NCBI GenBank assembly: GCA_045863295.1
Contig: BTWA01000002.1
Span: 203,137-267,136 of the forward strand
Source of the DNA: Candidatus Hydrogenedentota bacterium
GTDB taxonomy: Bacteria > Hydrogenedentota > Hydrogenedentia > Hydrogenedentales > SLHB01
Direction of reading: 5' to 3'
DNA length: 64,000 nucleotides
The position numbers were made by a program, and so were the translations under genes. Shown one piece after another: positions 1-12,884 of this stretch. The notes under the pieces are model-generated. The model saw nothing but the letters and a program-made list of their open reading frames with translations. It made no database searches and was not told the DNA's origin. Position 1 is the stretch's first letter, and every line of letters starts with the position of its first letter.

Positions 1-153
1 ATGGGGTCTCGGTGCTGCCAACCCGGCAGTGCCTCCCACTTATAGTTACCCGATTTTGTTGCATTTTCTTAGCGGATTGAAACAAGGGTAAATGATGGAT
101 TTGCGCAGTTTACGCATTTATAGCTTGAGGCGCGAATGACGGAGGGGAGCAAT

Positions 154-189
154 GGACAGAAGGGACGAAAAGGACAAAAAGGACACAAG
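154..189. repeat. Degenerate 9-bp purine-rich tandem repeat (GGACRNAAR x4)
   Basis: ggacagaag ggacgaaaa ggacaaaaa ggacacaag, intergenic. Confidence 0.7.
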
Positions 190-235
190 AGGGAGCAGTC
201 TCCTGCAGGCCAGAGTGGGGTGTGATTTTTTTTGG

Positions 236-1762
236 TCAGAAGTTGTTGAGCATTGCAGTTTCGTCTTGTCCGCGGCCGCAGAGGCAGTTGGGGTCGTGGC
301 TGGATCCGCCGTATATCATTGCGGAGATTGATTTTTTTGAAACCACGGGCGGGATGAATGCGGTTGCGGACGCTTCGGAGACGGGATCCGGTTTTGCGGA
401 ATCGCCTTCCATGACAGGGGGGAGCCGGAATACGTTTTCTCCGGTTTTGTCGCAGAAAAACAGGTTTGATTCCGAGGGTTGGCGACTGTGGCCGTCTGCC
501 CAGAATGCGTAGAAATCGGGATGGGCATTTACGGGTCGGCGGCAGTACATGTGGTTCCTTGGGCTGTTTCGTGTTGCCTGGCGGGCGAGTTCCCATTTTG
601 CGCCGTTGTCTTTGCTTGTCCAGACGGCGATCTCGCCACCGCCGCCGAAGGGTTGGGGTCCCGGTTCGGTCGGGAAGATGATGCGCCATGTGCCGTCGTC
701 TTCGACGTAGAGGCTGCCCATGTCGTAGTTGTGATCGACGGGGGCGATGGTGCGTAGGTCCCAGGTGTTGCCGTTCCAATGGGCGATTCGGACTTCGCGC
801 GGACCGGAATCGGGGCCGGGTTGCCATCCGTGGGAGGTCACGTGAAGGATGATCGGGCGGCCTTGGGCGTCGTAGTTGAGATCCTTCAGGTAGACGAGCG
901 TATCTTCGGCTTCGTAGTCATGCACGCGTGCTGGTGATTGGGGGTCGTTGATGGGGGTTTCGACGGTTTTTCCGTCCACGGTTCGCCAGGTCGCACCCAT
1001 GTCCGGCGTTTCGATGTAGTAGAGATTGGTTCTCCAATTCAGGCCTTTGGCTTTGGGGTCGCCGCGGTAAGCTGTGGGGTGGTAGTTGAAGGCGGTTCCC
1101 ACGCGGTCGCCGTAGGGCCAGCTAATCTGGTAGTGGCCTTCCTGGATGTGCGCGAGGAGCTTTCGATCGGTCCAGTTCATGCCGTCGGTGCTGGTGTGCC
1201 AGTAGAGGCCGCGCCCGCCGGCGTAATAGGTGTGGAGGAACAAGAAGCCCTTTTCTTTGATGTGCCATGGTTGCGGATAGGAGAAATTCGTTTCCAGGAC
1301 TTGGTTGAACGATTGGATGTCGAAGGGGCTTGTGCTTTTGAAAATGTAGGATGGGCGTGAGGTTCCGTGGGAACTGGCGAACACCCAGATGAAGCCATCG
1401 TCGTCCATTGCGATAACGGGGTTATCGTGGGCGTCGCTTGTGCCCTTGTTCATGAGGATGGTGGGCCGGGGAACGGTGCCGGTGGCATGGTCATAGCAGG
1501 AGACCATTTCCAACAGTTCGTTCTTGCCTTCGACTGTTCCGCCGTATACGAAGAAGGTTTTGTTGGCTTCTTTCGAGTATATGGCCTGGGGGATGTGCTT
1601 GGCGCAATAGGTGCCGAGGCCACCGCTGTATTTGTATACGAACTCGTCCTTGGTGGGTTGGTTCATGTACCAGATGCCGCGATAGCCGTTGGCTTTTTCG
1701 CCGATTTGCGCATATGCCATGGTGGACACCAGCGCGGCGGCCAGTGCAACGGTCCTTCGCAT
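236..1762 (-). CDS. Secreted BNR-4 repeat (sialidase-like beta-propeller) protein
   Basis: Signal peptide MRRTVALAAALVSTMAYAQ after AAGGAG RBS; YKYSGGLGTY, DAHDNP, NFSYPQ motifs; Asp-boxes (STDGMNW, SKDNGAKW). Confidence 0.75.
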   Translation of the reverse strand: MRRTVALAAALVSTMAYAQIGEKANGYRGIWYMNQPTKDEFVYKYSGGLGTYCAKHIPQAIYSKEANKTFFVYGGTVEGKNELLEMVSCYDHATGTVPRPTILMNKGTSDAHDNPVIAMDDDGFIWVFASSHGTSRPSYIFKSTSPFDIQSFNQVLETNFSYPQPWHIKEKGFLFLHTYYAGGRGLYWHTSTDGMNWTDRKLLAHIQEGHYQISWPYGDRVGTAFNYHPTAYRGDPKAKGLNWRTNLYYIETPDMGATWRTVDGKTVETPINDPQSPARVHDYEAEDTLVYLKDLNYDAQGRPIILHVTSHGWQPGPDSGPREVRIAHWNGNTWDLRTIAPVDHNYDMGSLYVEDDGTWRIIFPTEPGPQPFGGGGEIAVWTSKDNGAKWELARQATRNSPRNHMYCRRPVNAHPDFYAFWADGHSRQPSESNLFFCDKTGENVFRLPPVMEGDSAKPDPVSEASATAFIPPVVSKKSISAMIYGGSSHDPNCLCGRGQDETAMLNNF

Positions 1763-1832
1763 GGCATGACTCCTTGTACGAGGTCCTGAAATCGGACATC
1801 CTATTGCGATTCGACTATCTGGACTGGAAACC

Positions 1833-2576
1833 ATGCTACACAAAAACACGCGTATAGTCACCGGGGGCGGCATTCCCCTTGTTGGGGCGGCGTCGGTGCA
1901 CCGGCAGATTGTTGCGTTGGCGGGCGTGCGCCGGCCCAAGGCGGTGCTTTTGCCGACGGCGACGTACGACAAGCCGGAGGCGGTGGCGCAGTTTCACCAC
2001 ACCTACGGGAAGCGGTTGGGGTGCGAAACTCGCGAGGTGTTGTTGCTTGGCCGCGAGCCGGATTTGCGTGTTGGGCGTCGACTGCTTGAAAGCGCGGACA
2101 TCATTTACGTTACCGGCGGTAACACGTTGAAAGCGCTGCGGCGCTGGCGGCATCTGGGTGTGGACGCGCTGTTGCACCGGGCGCACCGCCGCGGAACACT
2201 GCTGGCGGGATCCAGCGCCGGGGGTATCTGTTGGTACGATCTTGGGCACAGCGATTCTATGTCTTTTTATCATCCAGAGCATTGGGATTATATTGCCGTG
2301 AAAGGCCTTGGGATGCTTCCAGTCACTGCTTGCCCGCATGTCATGGGGGAGCGGAGGATGGAGAGTTTCCGGGCGCTCATTCACAAGCGCGGGGGTGTGG
2401 GGATTGGGATCGACGATCATTGCGCGATCGCGTATGTGGGCAATACGTATCGAGTATTGCGCACTCATATCCGCGCGAAGGCGTATACGGTGGTTCGCCG
2501 GTTGAATCAGGTAGAGACCCGTGAAGTGAAGGTTGTGCAGGGGTTTTCACCGGTGAGCGAGCTGTTCGCGATGTAG
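1833..2576 (+). CDS. Peptidase S51 (dipeptidase E / class I glutamine amidotransferase-like)
   Basis: LPTA, ADIIYVTGGNT, GSSAG nucleophile motif, CPH, GIGIDD. Confidence 0.85.
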   Translation: MLHKNTRIVTGGGIPLVGAASVHRQIVALAGVRRPKAVLLPTATYDKPEAVAQFHHTYGKRLGCETREVLLLGREPDLRVGRRLLESADIIYVTGGNTLKALRRWRHLGVDALLHRAHRRGTLLAGSSAGGICWYDLGHSDSMSFYHPEHWDYIAVKGLGMLPVTACPHVMGERRMESFRALIHKRGGVGIGIDDHCAIAYVGNTYRVLRTHIRAKAYTVVRRLNQVETREVKVVQGFSPVSELFAM

Positions 2577-2747
2577 GCGGGGCGTTGTTTCCGCGCCGAA
2601 CCCGCGTGGTATAGTCGTACCGACTGTGAATCAGGACTAGCCGCGCTGGTGTATGCGGGGGCACGCGCGAGCGCGGGAGGGGATTGAGGGGAGAGACGCG
2701 ATACGTCTGGCCGGAATCGGCCCAATCGTTGGAAGGAGATTTGCATC

Positions 2748-3578
2748 ATGAAGTGGTTAGCTATTTGTTGTTTATTCGCAGCGGCTGCATTTGCCCAGGC
2801 GCCGCAGCCACCGCAGAACGACCCGGTGGCCGAAGCCGATCGGATTGAGAATTGGACCGGGAAGACGGTGCTAGTGTTTACGCCTCATCCGGACGACGAC
2901 ACGTTTGGCTGCGGGGGCACGATGGCTTTGTTAGCGAAGAACAAGAACAAGGTCATTGTGATTATTTATACCAACGACAACAAGGGGTCGAAGGATTTGG
3001 AGATGACGAGCGAGCGGCTCGCGCGGATACGCCGTGCCGAAGAAGAGAAGGCATGCGAGATACTTGGGATACCGAAGGAGCAGATTCACTGGCTGGGTTA
3101 CGAGGACGGCGATTTGGAGTATGCCGATCCACAAATTTTGCGCGGGCAAGCCTGCTATTACATGAAGAAATACCGGCCCGATGCCGTGTTCACGATAGAA
3201 CCGGGGACGCCTCGCGTGGCGTGGCACAAGACGGATCATCGCATGGCGGCGAATATCACGAAGGATGCTTTCATTGCGGCGGAATGGCATCTTTACTATC
3301 CGCAGCATCTGCTTGACGAAGGTCTGGAGCCGTATGCGGTACCGGTTGCTTATTATTACTACACGGACATTCCCAACTATTCCGTGGATATCACCGAAGT
3401 CATGGATTTGAAGGGGGAAGCAGCCGCAGCGCACGTGAGTCAGTTTGAACCGTCGGTAACCAAGTACACGCCGGATATGGACGAGAAGACGAAACAGGGC
3501 GTGAAAGAGTGGATGTCGCGCCGGTCGAAAGACGGCGACAAATACTTTGAGAAGTTCCGGCGCGACGTAGGGCCCTGA
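2748..3578 (+). CDS. Secreted PIG-L/LmbE-family deacetylase
   Basis: PHPDDDTFGCGGT, HKTDH, AHVSQ motifs; signal peptide; AAGGAG RBS. Confidence 0.88.
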   Translation: MKWLAICCLFAAAAFAQAPQPPQNDPVAEADRIENWTGKTVLVFTPHPDDDTFGCGGTMALLAKNKNKVIVIIYTNDNKGSKDLEMTSERLARIRRAEEEKACEILGIPKEQIHWLGYEDGDLEYADPQILRGQACYYMKKYRPDAVFTIEPGTPRVAWHKTDHRMAANITKDAFIAAEWHLYYPQHLLDEGLEPYAVPVAYYYYTDIPNYSVDITEVMDLKGEAAAAHVSQFEPSVTKYTPDMDEKTKQGVKEWMSRRSKDGDKYFEKFRRDVGP

Positions 3579-3580
3579 GT

Positions 3581-5005
<1,425 letters not shown>

Positions 5006-5022
5006 GGGTCGGCTCCATATCT

Positions 5023-8000
5023 TCAATCCACGAATAGGAACTCATTGCTCATGAGCAGCACTTGGGCATATTGTTCCCACGGTTTCAACGGCACGGGCGC
5101 CACGGGTGGCGGTCCGCGAAAATCAAAGCGGCTCAACCAATCCTGTTTGGGCAGTTTTCCCGCGTTGGGCGAAGTCAGATACAACCTGGGGTGCCACCGG
5201 AATTGATCCGCGTCGTCGTTTGCCTTGCAGGTAACGACCAAGTCAATGGTGTCGCCCGGTTCGATTTTGGCCCCGTCAAACACGGTGATTGTCATGCCGT
5301 CGTGCACTTCGCCTTTCCAGAGAATTCCCTCGCGGCTTGAGATTACGCACGCGTTGACGCCGTCGCCTTCTGGGGAATAGTGGTGGATTTCGCCGACGCA
5401 GGACAGTGTAGCGCTTGCCGGTGAAATCCAGCGCCGAATGACCGCCACACCTGGGCCGCCCGGGTGACCGCCCAGGCGATCCAGTCTTGCCCATCCGGTT
5501 TCTGGCGCAGGGAGTTTGTTTGCGGCCTGGTAGGTTTCGTCTTGCCAATGTTGAAATTCGGTAAACGCGGTAACCTTTTCGAGGGTTTCGTCCACGGATC
5601 CGTATCCGTACCGCCAATCTGACGGTTCGTAATAGGGGACGGAGGGTTCGGCGGTATCTTGTCCATTCACAAAATCCGTGGCCAAGGTAAGTTCGATGGG
5701 CAGCGGGTCCCGGGTGAGAACGGCGCGATACATGTTTCGAATACGATCATCGGTTGTCGTGTCGGCGGCGTCCGCATTGTTGGCTATGAGCCGGGCCTGT
5801 TCCGCCACAAATGCGCTGTTCATCATGAAGAGGCCCTGTTGGGGGACGGTGGTTTCAAACCGGTTTGGGCTGTGTGCGCTGGGGGGCGCGAAATCGAAGA
5901 TTCGAAACATGGCGGGCAGGTTTTCCCGGTCCACTTCACCGTATACCGTGCGCCGGTTTGAAAACGGTACTTCGACGACATCGACCGGCGGCCCGCCCGC
6001 GGCGAGATCGAGGTTGGATGCGGCTTTCAAAATGGAATCGCGCATTGCCTCGAAGTCGAGTCTTCTGCGGTTTTGTTTCCACAGAAGGGTATTCGCGGGA
6101 TCGGACGCCAGGCCGTCGTGTGAATCCTCGCTTCGCTGCTGATAGGCGCTAGACAGGACGATTCTTCTTATCAGCCGTTTTACCGACCATCCGTCTTCCA
6201 TAAAAGTCCATGCGAGATGGTCCAGCAATTCGGGGTGGGTGGGTTTCTCGCCCTGCAGTCCGAAATCGCTCGGCGTGGCCACCAATGGGCTGTCGAAGAG
6301 GTGCATCCATACGCGATTTGCCATGACGCGCGCTGTCAATGGGTTCTCACGGTTTGCAATGGCGTGAGCGAGTTCCAGCCGGCCATGGCCCGCGATTGGC
6401 GCTTGTCCGTTTTTCGAGAGCACCGCGAGGAATTGTCGCGGCACCTTTGGTCCTTTGTTTTCGGGATCGCCACGAACAAAGACATAGGGTTGAAATGGTT
6501 TGCGCGAGTTTTCCACCGCCATTGCGTGATCGGGGCGGCCCGGATGAGTTGTTTTCAGTCGATCGATCGCGGCGCGGCGTTGCGCCAGTTTCAGCCGCAT
6601 GTCCCGTTCACTTAGGGCTTCCACGTCTGAAGGGGACAAATTGGCCGGGGAGTCTTCATTTTCGAGTGCCTGCCGCAGCAATGCCGCGCCGCCGTCAGTC
6701 AGCGACGCCAACTGAATTGATGGGCCTTCGCCTTCTGTTTCGATAACGAAATTGCGCCATCGCGCGAGCATGGCCGGACGCAGTGACTTTGCCTTGGCCA
6801 CATCCGCCACGACGGAGTCCTTGTTTCGCGCTTCGTATGCGGCCTGCAAGTACGCCAGCGCTTTTTCCTTTATATGGGTGTCGAGATCCGCGCGCGCTTC
6901 TGCCAGCAGGGCGTTTCTTTCCGACTCCAGTTTTTCCAGTTCGCGCGCATAGTCCTGATACGAGGGGGAATCTACATCGGCTTTCTCGATCACGGGCAGG
7001 TCGCTTGGCGTTTGCATGCTTCGAAAGATGCCGTAGAGCGAGTAGTAGTCAGCCGTTGGAATCGGATCAAATTTGTGGTCGTGGCAGCGCGCGCAATTCA
7101 CGGTCAGCGCCATGAACCCACGGGACACCACGTCGATTTGATCGTCGATCATGTCGTGAATTTTGCCGGGCCGGCCCAGGGACAGGAATCCGAGCGCGGC
7201 CAATGGGCGTTTTTCTTCGCCGAGATCAATCAAGTCGGCGGCCAATTGATGCAGGATAAATTGGTCATAGGGAAGGTCGTCATTGAATGCGCGAATGACG
7301 TAGTCCCGATAGGTATATGAAAAGGGGAAGTAGCGTGAATCTTCGAAACCCGATGCTCGGGTATCGCTGTAGCGGGCAATATCGAGCCAGTACCTGCCCC
7401 AGCGCTCGCCGAATTCGGGCGAGGCCAGCAAACGATCGACGACTTTGGCGTAGGCATCGGGAGAGGAATCGCTTTCGAATTGCGCAATCTCGTCGTAGGC
7501 CGGCGGCAAGCCGATCAAATCGTAGTAGGTACGGCGCAGCAACGTGCGCTTGTCGGCTTGGGGTGAAGGAGCGAGCCCGGCGCGCTCGATACGATGGAGG
7601 ATGAATGCGTCGATGGGCGATTGGCACCATGCCGGGTTATTGACTGCAGGCGGTTCGGGGTTGAATACGGGTTTCAGCGACCAATGCGACTCGCGAGAAC
7701 TTGCAATGAGCCGCTCCATGGATGGCCGCAACTGATTCTTGGGCGGATCCGGGGGCCATGGCGTTCCTTGGGCAACCCAATTGAGGATTCCTTCCAACGC
7801 TTCGGGCGGAACGGACACTTCGGGGTGATTCATTGGTGATTTGTTTAAGAGAACACCTGCCACCTTGTCGCGCACCGAAGGTTCCGGCCTTTCGTCCACG
7901 CGCAGCCCGGCATCTTGTTTCTCCGGTCCGTGACAGGAATAGCACGCGTTGGCGAGGAGTGGCCGTATGCTTCGTTCAAAACCGGCAACCTGGTCCGGGG

Positions 8001-8217
8001 GCAGATCTTCGGCGGCCGCGTGGGTGGCGGTCCAGAACAGAGCGACGGACCAAAGCACGTGGAAACGCCATTGGCGCTTGCGGTTTCGGCATTTCACGGT
8101 CGATTCAGTCACCGGATGTCGCCCTTCCCTCAATTCGCACGAAGCGGCGCCTGCGTTCTTACGCTTCATGGCCAATGTCTCATTTGGACGATGCACCTCA
8201 GGCGAGACGAATCGCAC
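5023..8217 (-). CDS. Planctomycete cytochrome c / PSD1 (DUF1549+DUF1553) protein; start uncertain
   Basis: CYSCH and CARCHDHKFDP heme motifs, GERWGRYWLDIARY, PTHPELLDHLA, NEFLFVD terminus. Confidence 0.9.
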   Translation of the reverse strand: MRFVSPEVHRPNETLAMKRKNAGAASCELREGRHPVTESTVKCRNRKRQWRFHVLWSVALFWTATHAAAEDLPPDQVAGFERSIRPLLANACYSCHGPEKQDAGLRVDERPEPSVRDKVAGVLLNKSPMNHPEVSVPPEALEGILNWVAQGTPWPPDPPKNQLRPSMERLIASSRESHWSLKPVFNPEPPAVNNPAWCQSPIDAFILHRIERAGLAPSPQADKRTLLRRTYYDLIGLPPAYDEIAQFESDSSPDAYAKVVDRLLASPEFGERWGRYWLDIARYSDTRASGFEDSRYFPFSYTYRDYVIRAFNDDLPYDQFILHQLAADLIDLGEEKRPLAALGFLSLGRPGKIHDMIDDQIDVVSRGFMALTVNCARCHDHKFDPIPTADYYSLYGIFRSMQTPSDLPVIEKADVDSPSYQDYARELEKLESERNALLAEARADLDTHIKEKALAYLQAAYEARNKDSVVADVAKAKSLRPAMLARWRNFVIETEGEGPSIQLASLTDGGAALLRQALENEDSPANLSPSDVEALSERDMRLKLAQRRAAIDRLKTTHPGRPDHAMAVENSRKPFQPYVFVRGDPENKGPKVPRQFLAVLSKNGQAPIAGHGRLELAHAIANRENPLTARVMANRVWMHLFDSPLVATPSDFGLQGEKPTHPELLDHLAWTFMEDGWSVKRLIRRIVLSSAYQQRSEDSHDGLASDPANTLLWKQNRRRLDFEAMRDSILKAASNLDLAAGGPPVDVVEVPFSNRRTVYGEVDRENLPAMFRIFDFAPPSAHSPNRFETTVPQQGLFMMNSAFVAEQARLIANNADAADTTTDDRIRNMYRAVLTRDPLPIELTLATDFVNGQDTAEPSVPYYEPSDWRYGYGSVDETLEKVTAFTEFQHWQDETYQAANKLPAPETGWARLDRLGGHPGGPGVAVIRRWISPASATLSCVGEIHHYSPEGDGVNACVISSREGILWKGEVHDGMTITVFDGAKIEPGDTIDLVVTCKANDDADQFRWHPRLYLTSPNAGKLPKQDWLSRFDFRGPPPVAPVPLKPWEQYAQVLLMSNEFLFVD

Positions 8218-8352
8218 GGGCCCGAACGATTGTGCCGAGGTGATGCCTTGCTTGCTCCAACAACTAGAGTGCCGTGCGATTCGGATGATGTCAAGATTTG
8301 ACTGAAATGGAAGCGGGCCGGTGGCGGGCCGGCCGCCGAGGGGCGGTTGGTG

Positions 8353-9120
8353 TCAGGTTCTCACGGCTTTGAGTGCCGCCACGAGGTGGTCGCGGTTCAA
8401 TTTGGCGATGTGCCGCACGCTGATGCCTTTCGGGCAGGCGCCTTCGCACTCATAGTGATTGGAACATGCGCCGAACCCTTCTTTGTCGTGCTGCAGTATC
8501 ATTTTCATGGCGCGCCGGTGCGCTTCGGGCTTTCCCTGCGGCAACGAATTGAGATGGGACACTTTCGCCGACACGAATAACATGGCCGAGGCGTTTGGAC
8601 ATGCCGCGACGCAGGCGCCGCAACCGATGCATTCGGCGGCATCCATGGCGTTGTCGGAATCGTCTTTCGGAACGGGCACGGAATGGGCTTCCGGGGCCTG
8701 TCCCGTGCGGACGGAAATGAATCCTCCGGCCTGGATGATGCGGTCGAATGCGCTTCGATCGACGACGAGATCCCGCAACACGGGGAATGCGTTTGCGCGG
8801 AATGGCTCGATGACAATTGTGTCGCCGTCTTTGAATTTGCGCATATGCAGTTGGCACAGGGCGGTTTCGTTTTCCTTGCCGTGAGGGTGTCCGTTTACGA
8901 CACAGCCGCAACTGCCGCAAATGCCTTCGCGGCAATCGTGGTCGAAGGCGATAGGTTCGCGGCCCTTCTTGATGAGATCTTCGTTGACCACATCGAGCAT
9001 TTCCAGAAACGACGCGTCCGTGCTGATTCCGCGTGCGTCATACGTTTCGAACTGACCCGGTTTGCCTGGACCCGGCTGGCGCCACACCCTCAAGGTCAAA
9101 TTCAACGTTTTTGCGATCAT
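8353..9120 (-). CDS. sdhB: Succinate dehydrogenase/fumarate reductase Fe-S subunit
   Basis: [34 protein letters not shown]; start at MIAKT. Confidence 0.95.
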   Translation of the reverse strand: MIAKTLNLTLRVWRQPGPGKPGQFETYDARGISTDASFLEMLDVVNEDLIKKGREPIAFDHDCREGICGSCGCVVNGHPHGKENETALCQLHMRKFKDGDTIVIEPFRANAFPVLRDLVVDRSAFDRIIQAGGFISVRTGQAPEAHSVPVPKDDSDNAMDAAECIGCGACVAACPNASAMLFVSAKVSHLNSLPQGKPEAHRRAMKMILQHDKEGFGACSNHYECEGACPKGISVRHIAKLNRDHLVAALKAVRT

Positions 9121-9139
9121 TCCATCCGCTCCTTCGCCC

Positions 9140-11053
9140 TTACTTATAACTGCGCGTGGCCAGGTGAATGTTATCGAAAACAAGCGATTCCTTGTGCAGA
9201 TTTCCCGCTTCGCCGACGCCCGTGAATTCCCATGCGCCGACGTAGCAAAAGGCATCGTCGTTGCGTTTTGCCTCGCCATCCTCGGTCTGGTGTTCGACGC
9301 GGAAATGGCCGCCGCAGGATTCTTCGCGATGCAGCGCGTCGCGGGCGAGCAATTCTGCGAACTCGAGGAAGTCCGCGATACGCCCGGCTTTCTCGAGGCT
9401 TTGGTTCAATGCTTCGCCGGAGCCTGGTACGCGCACATTCCGCCAGAACTCGTCTCTTAGTTCCCGGATTTCGTTGATGGCCGATTCCAGGCCCGATTTT
9501 TCGCGGGCCATGCCGACTTTGTTCCAACAAATCATGCCAAGGCGGCGGTGGAACTCGTCGGGCGTATGTTCGCCGTTCACCTTGAGCAACGCATTCGTTC
9601 GATTTGTGGCGTCTTCGATTGCGCGCTTAAAGTCCGGGTGATCGGCCGTCACTTTGTCGAGTTTTTCCGATGCCAGGTAGTGGCCGATGGTGTAGGGTAT
9701 GACGAAGTATCCGTCCGCGAGGCCCTGCATGAGTGCGCTTGCGCCGAGTCGGTTTGCGCCGTGGTCGGAGAAGTTGGCTTCGCCCAAGACGTGCAATCCG
9801 GGCAAATTGCTCATGAGATTGTAGTCGACCCACAGGCCGCCCATCGTGTAGTGCACGGCGGGATAGATCATCATGGGCACTTGATACGGGTTTTCGTCCA
9901 CGATTTTTTCATACATGGAGAAGAGATTGCCGTATCGGGCCTCGATAACATCCTTTCCCAGTCGTTGGATTGCATCGCGAAAGTCGAGGTATACGGCCTG
10001 TCCGGTGGCGCCGACTCCGTTACCGGCGTCGCATGCTTCCTTTGCGCTTCGGGACGAAATGTCGCGTGGGGCGAGATTGCCGTAGGAGGGATACTTTCGT
10101 TCGAGATAGTAATCGCGTTCTTCTTCCGCGACTTGGTTTGCGGGCCGCTTGTCGCCTTTTTGTTTAGGCACCCAGATGCGCCCGTCGTTGCGCAGGCTTT
10201 CGCTCATCAGGGTGAGCTTGGATTGAAAATCACCGTGAATCGGGATGCAGGTTGGATGGATTTGCGTGTAGCACGGGTTTGCGAAATAGGCGCCTTTTTT
10301 GTGTGCGCGCCACGCGGCCGTGACGTTGCATGCCTTTGCATTCGTGGACAGGTAGAAGACGTTGCCGTACCCGCCGGTGGCCATGATGACGGCGTCGCCT
10401 TCATGGGCCTCGATCGCGCCTGTTACCAGATTCCGGCACACGATTCCGCGGGCTTTGCCATCGACCACGGCCAATTCGAGCATTTCTCTGCGGTGAAACA
10501 AGGTCACGTTGCCGCCGGCGACTTCTTTCATCAGGGCGCTGTAGGCTCCCAGCAGCAATTGCTGGCCCGTTTGCCCGCGGGCATAAAACGTCCGGCTTAC
10601 CAATGCGCCGCCGAAGGACCGGTTGGCCAGGAGTCCGCCGTATTCACGGGCAAACGGCACGCCTTGGGCGACGCACTGATCGATGATGTTGACGCTCAAT
10701 TCGGCGAGACGATGCACGTTGGCTTCGCGCGACCGGAAGTCGCCGCCCTTGACGGTATCGTAGAAGAGGCGGTGAACGCTGTCCCCGTCGTTCTGGTAGT
10801 TCTTTGCGGCATTAATTCCGCCCTGCGCGGCAATGCTGTGGGCTCTGCGGGGCGTGTCGTGAATGCAGAAGACCTTGACCTTGTATCCCATTTCGGAGAG
10901 GGATGCGGCCGCGGAGGCTCCGGCCAAGCCGGTGCCGACGACGAGCAGGGTGTATTTCCGCTTGTTGGCCGGGCTGACCAGCTTCATTTCGTTTTTATGG
11001 AGGGTCCATTTGTCCGCGATGGGCCCTTCTGGAATTCGTGAATCGAGGCTCAT
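9140..11053 (-). CDS. sdhA: Succinate dehydrogenase/fumarate reductase flavoprotein subunit
   Basis: [40 protein letters not shown]. Confidence 0.96.
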   Translation of the reverse strand: MSLDSRIPEGPIADKWTLHKNEMKLVSPANKRKYTLLVVGTGLAGASAAASLSEMGYKVKVFCIHDTPRRAHSIAAQGGINAAKNYQNDGDSVHRLFYDTVKGGDFRSREANVHRLAELSVNIIDQCVAQGVPFAREYGGLLANRSFGGALVSRTFYARGQTGQQLLLGAYSALMKEVAGGNVTLFHRREMLELAVVDGKARGIVCRNLVTGAIEAHEGDAVIMATGGYGNVFYLSTNAKACNVTAAWRAHKKGAYFANPCYTQIHPTCIPIHGDFQSKLTLMSESLRNDGRIWVPKQKGDKRPANQVAEEERDYYLERKYPSYGNLAPRDISSRSAKEACDAGNGVGATGQAVYLDFRDAIQRLGKDVIEARYGNLFSMYEKIVDENPYQVPMMIYPAVHYTMGGLWVDYNLMSNLPGLHVLGEANFSDHGANRLGASALMQGLADGYFVIPYTIGHYLASEKLDKVTADHPDFKRAIEDATNRTNALLKVNGEHTPDEFHRRLGMICWNKVGMAREKSGLESAINEIRELRDEFWRNVRVPGSGEALNQSLEKAGRIADFLEFAELLARDALHREESCGGHFRVEHQTEDGEAKRNDDAFCYVGAWEFTGVGEAGNLHKESLVFDNIHLATRSYK

Positions 11054-11090
11054 TCCGTATCCTTCTCCCGCGTGCCGCCGCGAATGCCCG

Positions 11091-11783
11091 TCACAGACCG
11101 GGCACGCGTTTCACCATCACATACACCGGAACCGACGCAAAGCCGCAGGCGAGTGCGATGCCCGCGCCGATGGCGGCTTTTCGAATCATCGGTGTGTAGC
11201 GCTCATGATTAAAGCCGATTGTTTGAAGCAGGCTCTGGATGCCGTGGCTCAAGTGAAACCCCACGCACCCGACCGCCAGAATGTAGAAGAGGGCATAGAC
11301 GGGATTGAGGAACTTGTTCCAGACCAGGCCAAACAAACCGAGTTCCTGCGTGCCGGCGGCGGTTACCGCCGTGTGCGGCCCTTCCTTTGCGGCGAAGGCG
11401 AAATTGGCGAGGTGTATCCACAGGAAAAAGAAGACGAGCAGCCCGGTGAGAATCATGGTTCGCTTGGCGAAATTGGTTCTTCCGAAATCGGCCTGCACTT
11501 CATAGCGCACGGCCCTTGCAGCGCGGTTTTCGTGCGTGAGCAACGCGGTAAAATAGACGTGAACGACCAAGGCTGCGAGCAGACCCAGCCGCATGATCCA
11601 CAGGACCTCGGGCACTTTGTGCAGCATTTCGCTGTACCCGTTGAGCGCTTCGGGGCCGCCGAAAATCAGCAGGTTGCCCGCGAGATGCGCCACCAAAAAC
11701 CCGACCATCGCCAAGCCTGTAATGGCTACAAGCTGTTTTTTGACGATGGAGGTGCTCCAAAGCCGGCTTAATTGTGTACCCAT
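11091..11783 (-). CDS. sdhC: Succinate dehydrogenase cytochrome b subunit
   Basis: Five TM helices, HLAGNL and HLSHG heme ligands; first gene of sdh operon. Confidence 0.93.
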   Translation of the reverse strand: MGTQLSRLWSTSIVKKQLVAITGLAMVGFLVAHLAGNLLIFGGPEALNGYSEMLHKVPEVLWIMRLGLLAALVVHVYFTALLTHENRAARAVRYEVQADFGRTNFAKRTMILTGLLVFFFLWIHLANFAFAAKEGPHTAVTAAGTQELGLFGLVWNKFLNPVYALFYILAVGCVGFHLSHGIQSLLQTIGFNHERYTPMIRKAAIGAGIALACGFASVPVYVMVKRVPGL

Positions 11784-12005
11784 GCCCAATTTCCGTTGAA
11801 AATGCCTTCACCCGCCGCTGCCCGAGGCAACGGCCCACCCCTCACGAAACTGAAGCCTCGCGGGAAGCGGCGGCAGTATATCACCTCGACGCTGGGCCGC
11901 GCACGCTGACTGCGGATCTTCCGGAGGGGTATTCCCAAAACGAGGGGCCGCGCCTTGACAGGCGCGGCCCCCACGACATGCGAAAGCGTCTCGCTCAACC
12001 GAGAA

Positions 12006-12884
12006 TCAGAAGATGTCGCCGTTCAGGAACGCCATGGTCGCGTTCACGGGGTGGTCCGTGCTTGGATAGCGGCGGAAGGCCACGTGGCCGTCCATGTACA
12101 GCACGTTGCAGCCACCGGGAATGTGGTTGAACTCGTCGATATCCGTGCTGGGCTGATCCCACATCACGACGACTTCGCTCTGCGCCTTGGAACCGGACGC
12201 GGCCGCGTTGATGTTCGTGATGAAGAACCGCTCAATGCCTTCACGGGTACGCTCTGCGCGTTCCACACCGGCAATCGTCAGGTTGGACTTTTCGGTCTGG
12301 TTGAAGGCGTTGGCGCGGGTCGTTTGCGCATCAATGGTCGCCGCGAAGACGGCGAGGGCACCGCCGGTTGGCGTTGTGCCGGAGAACGTCAGGAAACCGG
12401 GAAGCATTGAGGCGCCGTTCGGAGCATTGGGATCCGCGCCGGCGGTCACGTAGTGCTTCAACGCGATTGCGAACTGCGAGTACACGTAGGTGGAATCGCC
12501 GAAGTCGCACGGGCACCACGGATTCGTCTCGACTTCACCGCAGCGGAAATCGACGGGATCATTAAATGGCGCGGACGGGCAGAACTGAATTTCGGGATCC
12601 GTCAGGTATTCCGGATAGACCAAGTCGCCCTGGAACCAGAAGCTCACGGAGAAATTCGTGCAGTCGTCGTTGCCCGCGTGTTTGAACACGGGGTACAGGG
12701 CGTTGAATGCCTCGTTCGAGTACATTTTGAATACGAGGCCCATTTGCTTGAGGTTGTTTTGGCAGCTTGCGCGGCGTGCCGCTTCACGTGCGCGGGCCAG
12801 TGCCGGCAACAGAATGGCTGCCAGGATGCCGATAATCGCGATGACTACCAGCAGTTCGATGAGGGTAAATCCACGTTTACGCAT
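12006..12884 (-). CDS. Prepilin-type N-methylation / DUF1559 protein with H-X9-DG motif
   Basis: [59 protein letters not shown]. Confidence 0.92.
   Translation of the reverse strand: MRKRGFTLIELLVVIAIIGILAAILLPALARAREAARRASCQNNLKQMGLVFKMYSNEAFNALYPVFKHAGNDDCTNFSVSFWFQGDLVYPEYLTDPEIQFCPSAPFNDPVDFRCGEVETNPWCPCDFGDSTYVYSQFAIALKHYVTAGADPNAPNGASMLPGFLTFSGTTPTGGALAVFAATIDAQTTRANAFNQTEKSNLTIAGVERAERTREGIERFFITNINAAASGSKAQSEVVVMWDQPSTDIDEFNHIPGGCNVLYMDGHVAFRRYPSTDHPVNATMAFLNGDIF

Noticed and set aside
1763..1972. N-terminal extension of the BNR ORF (similar extensions on sdhB, pgk, rpsO, lysS and the 805-aa ORF)
   Set aside because: They overlap neighbouring genes or terminators; downstream starts fit RBS, signal peptide or family N-termini better.
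9548..11041. 497-aa plus-strand ORF and other long antisense ORFs (13282-14883, 25276-26778, 26612-27985, 36812-38011, 59493-60530)
   Set aside because: Shadow frames opposite well-supported genes, expected in GC-rich DNA; no recognisable motifs.
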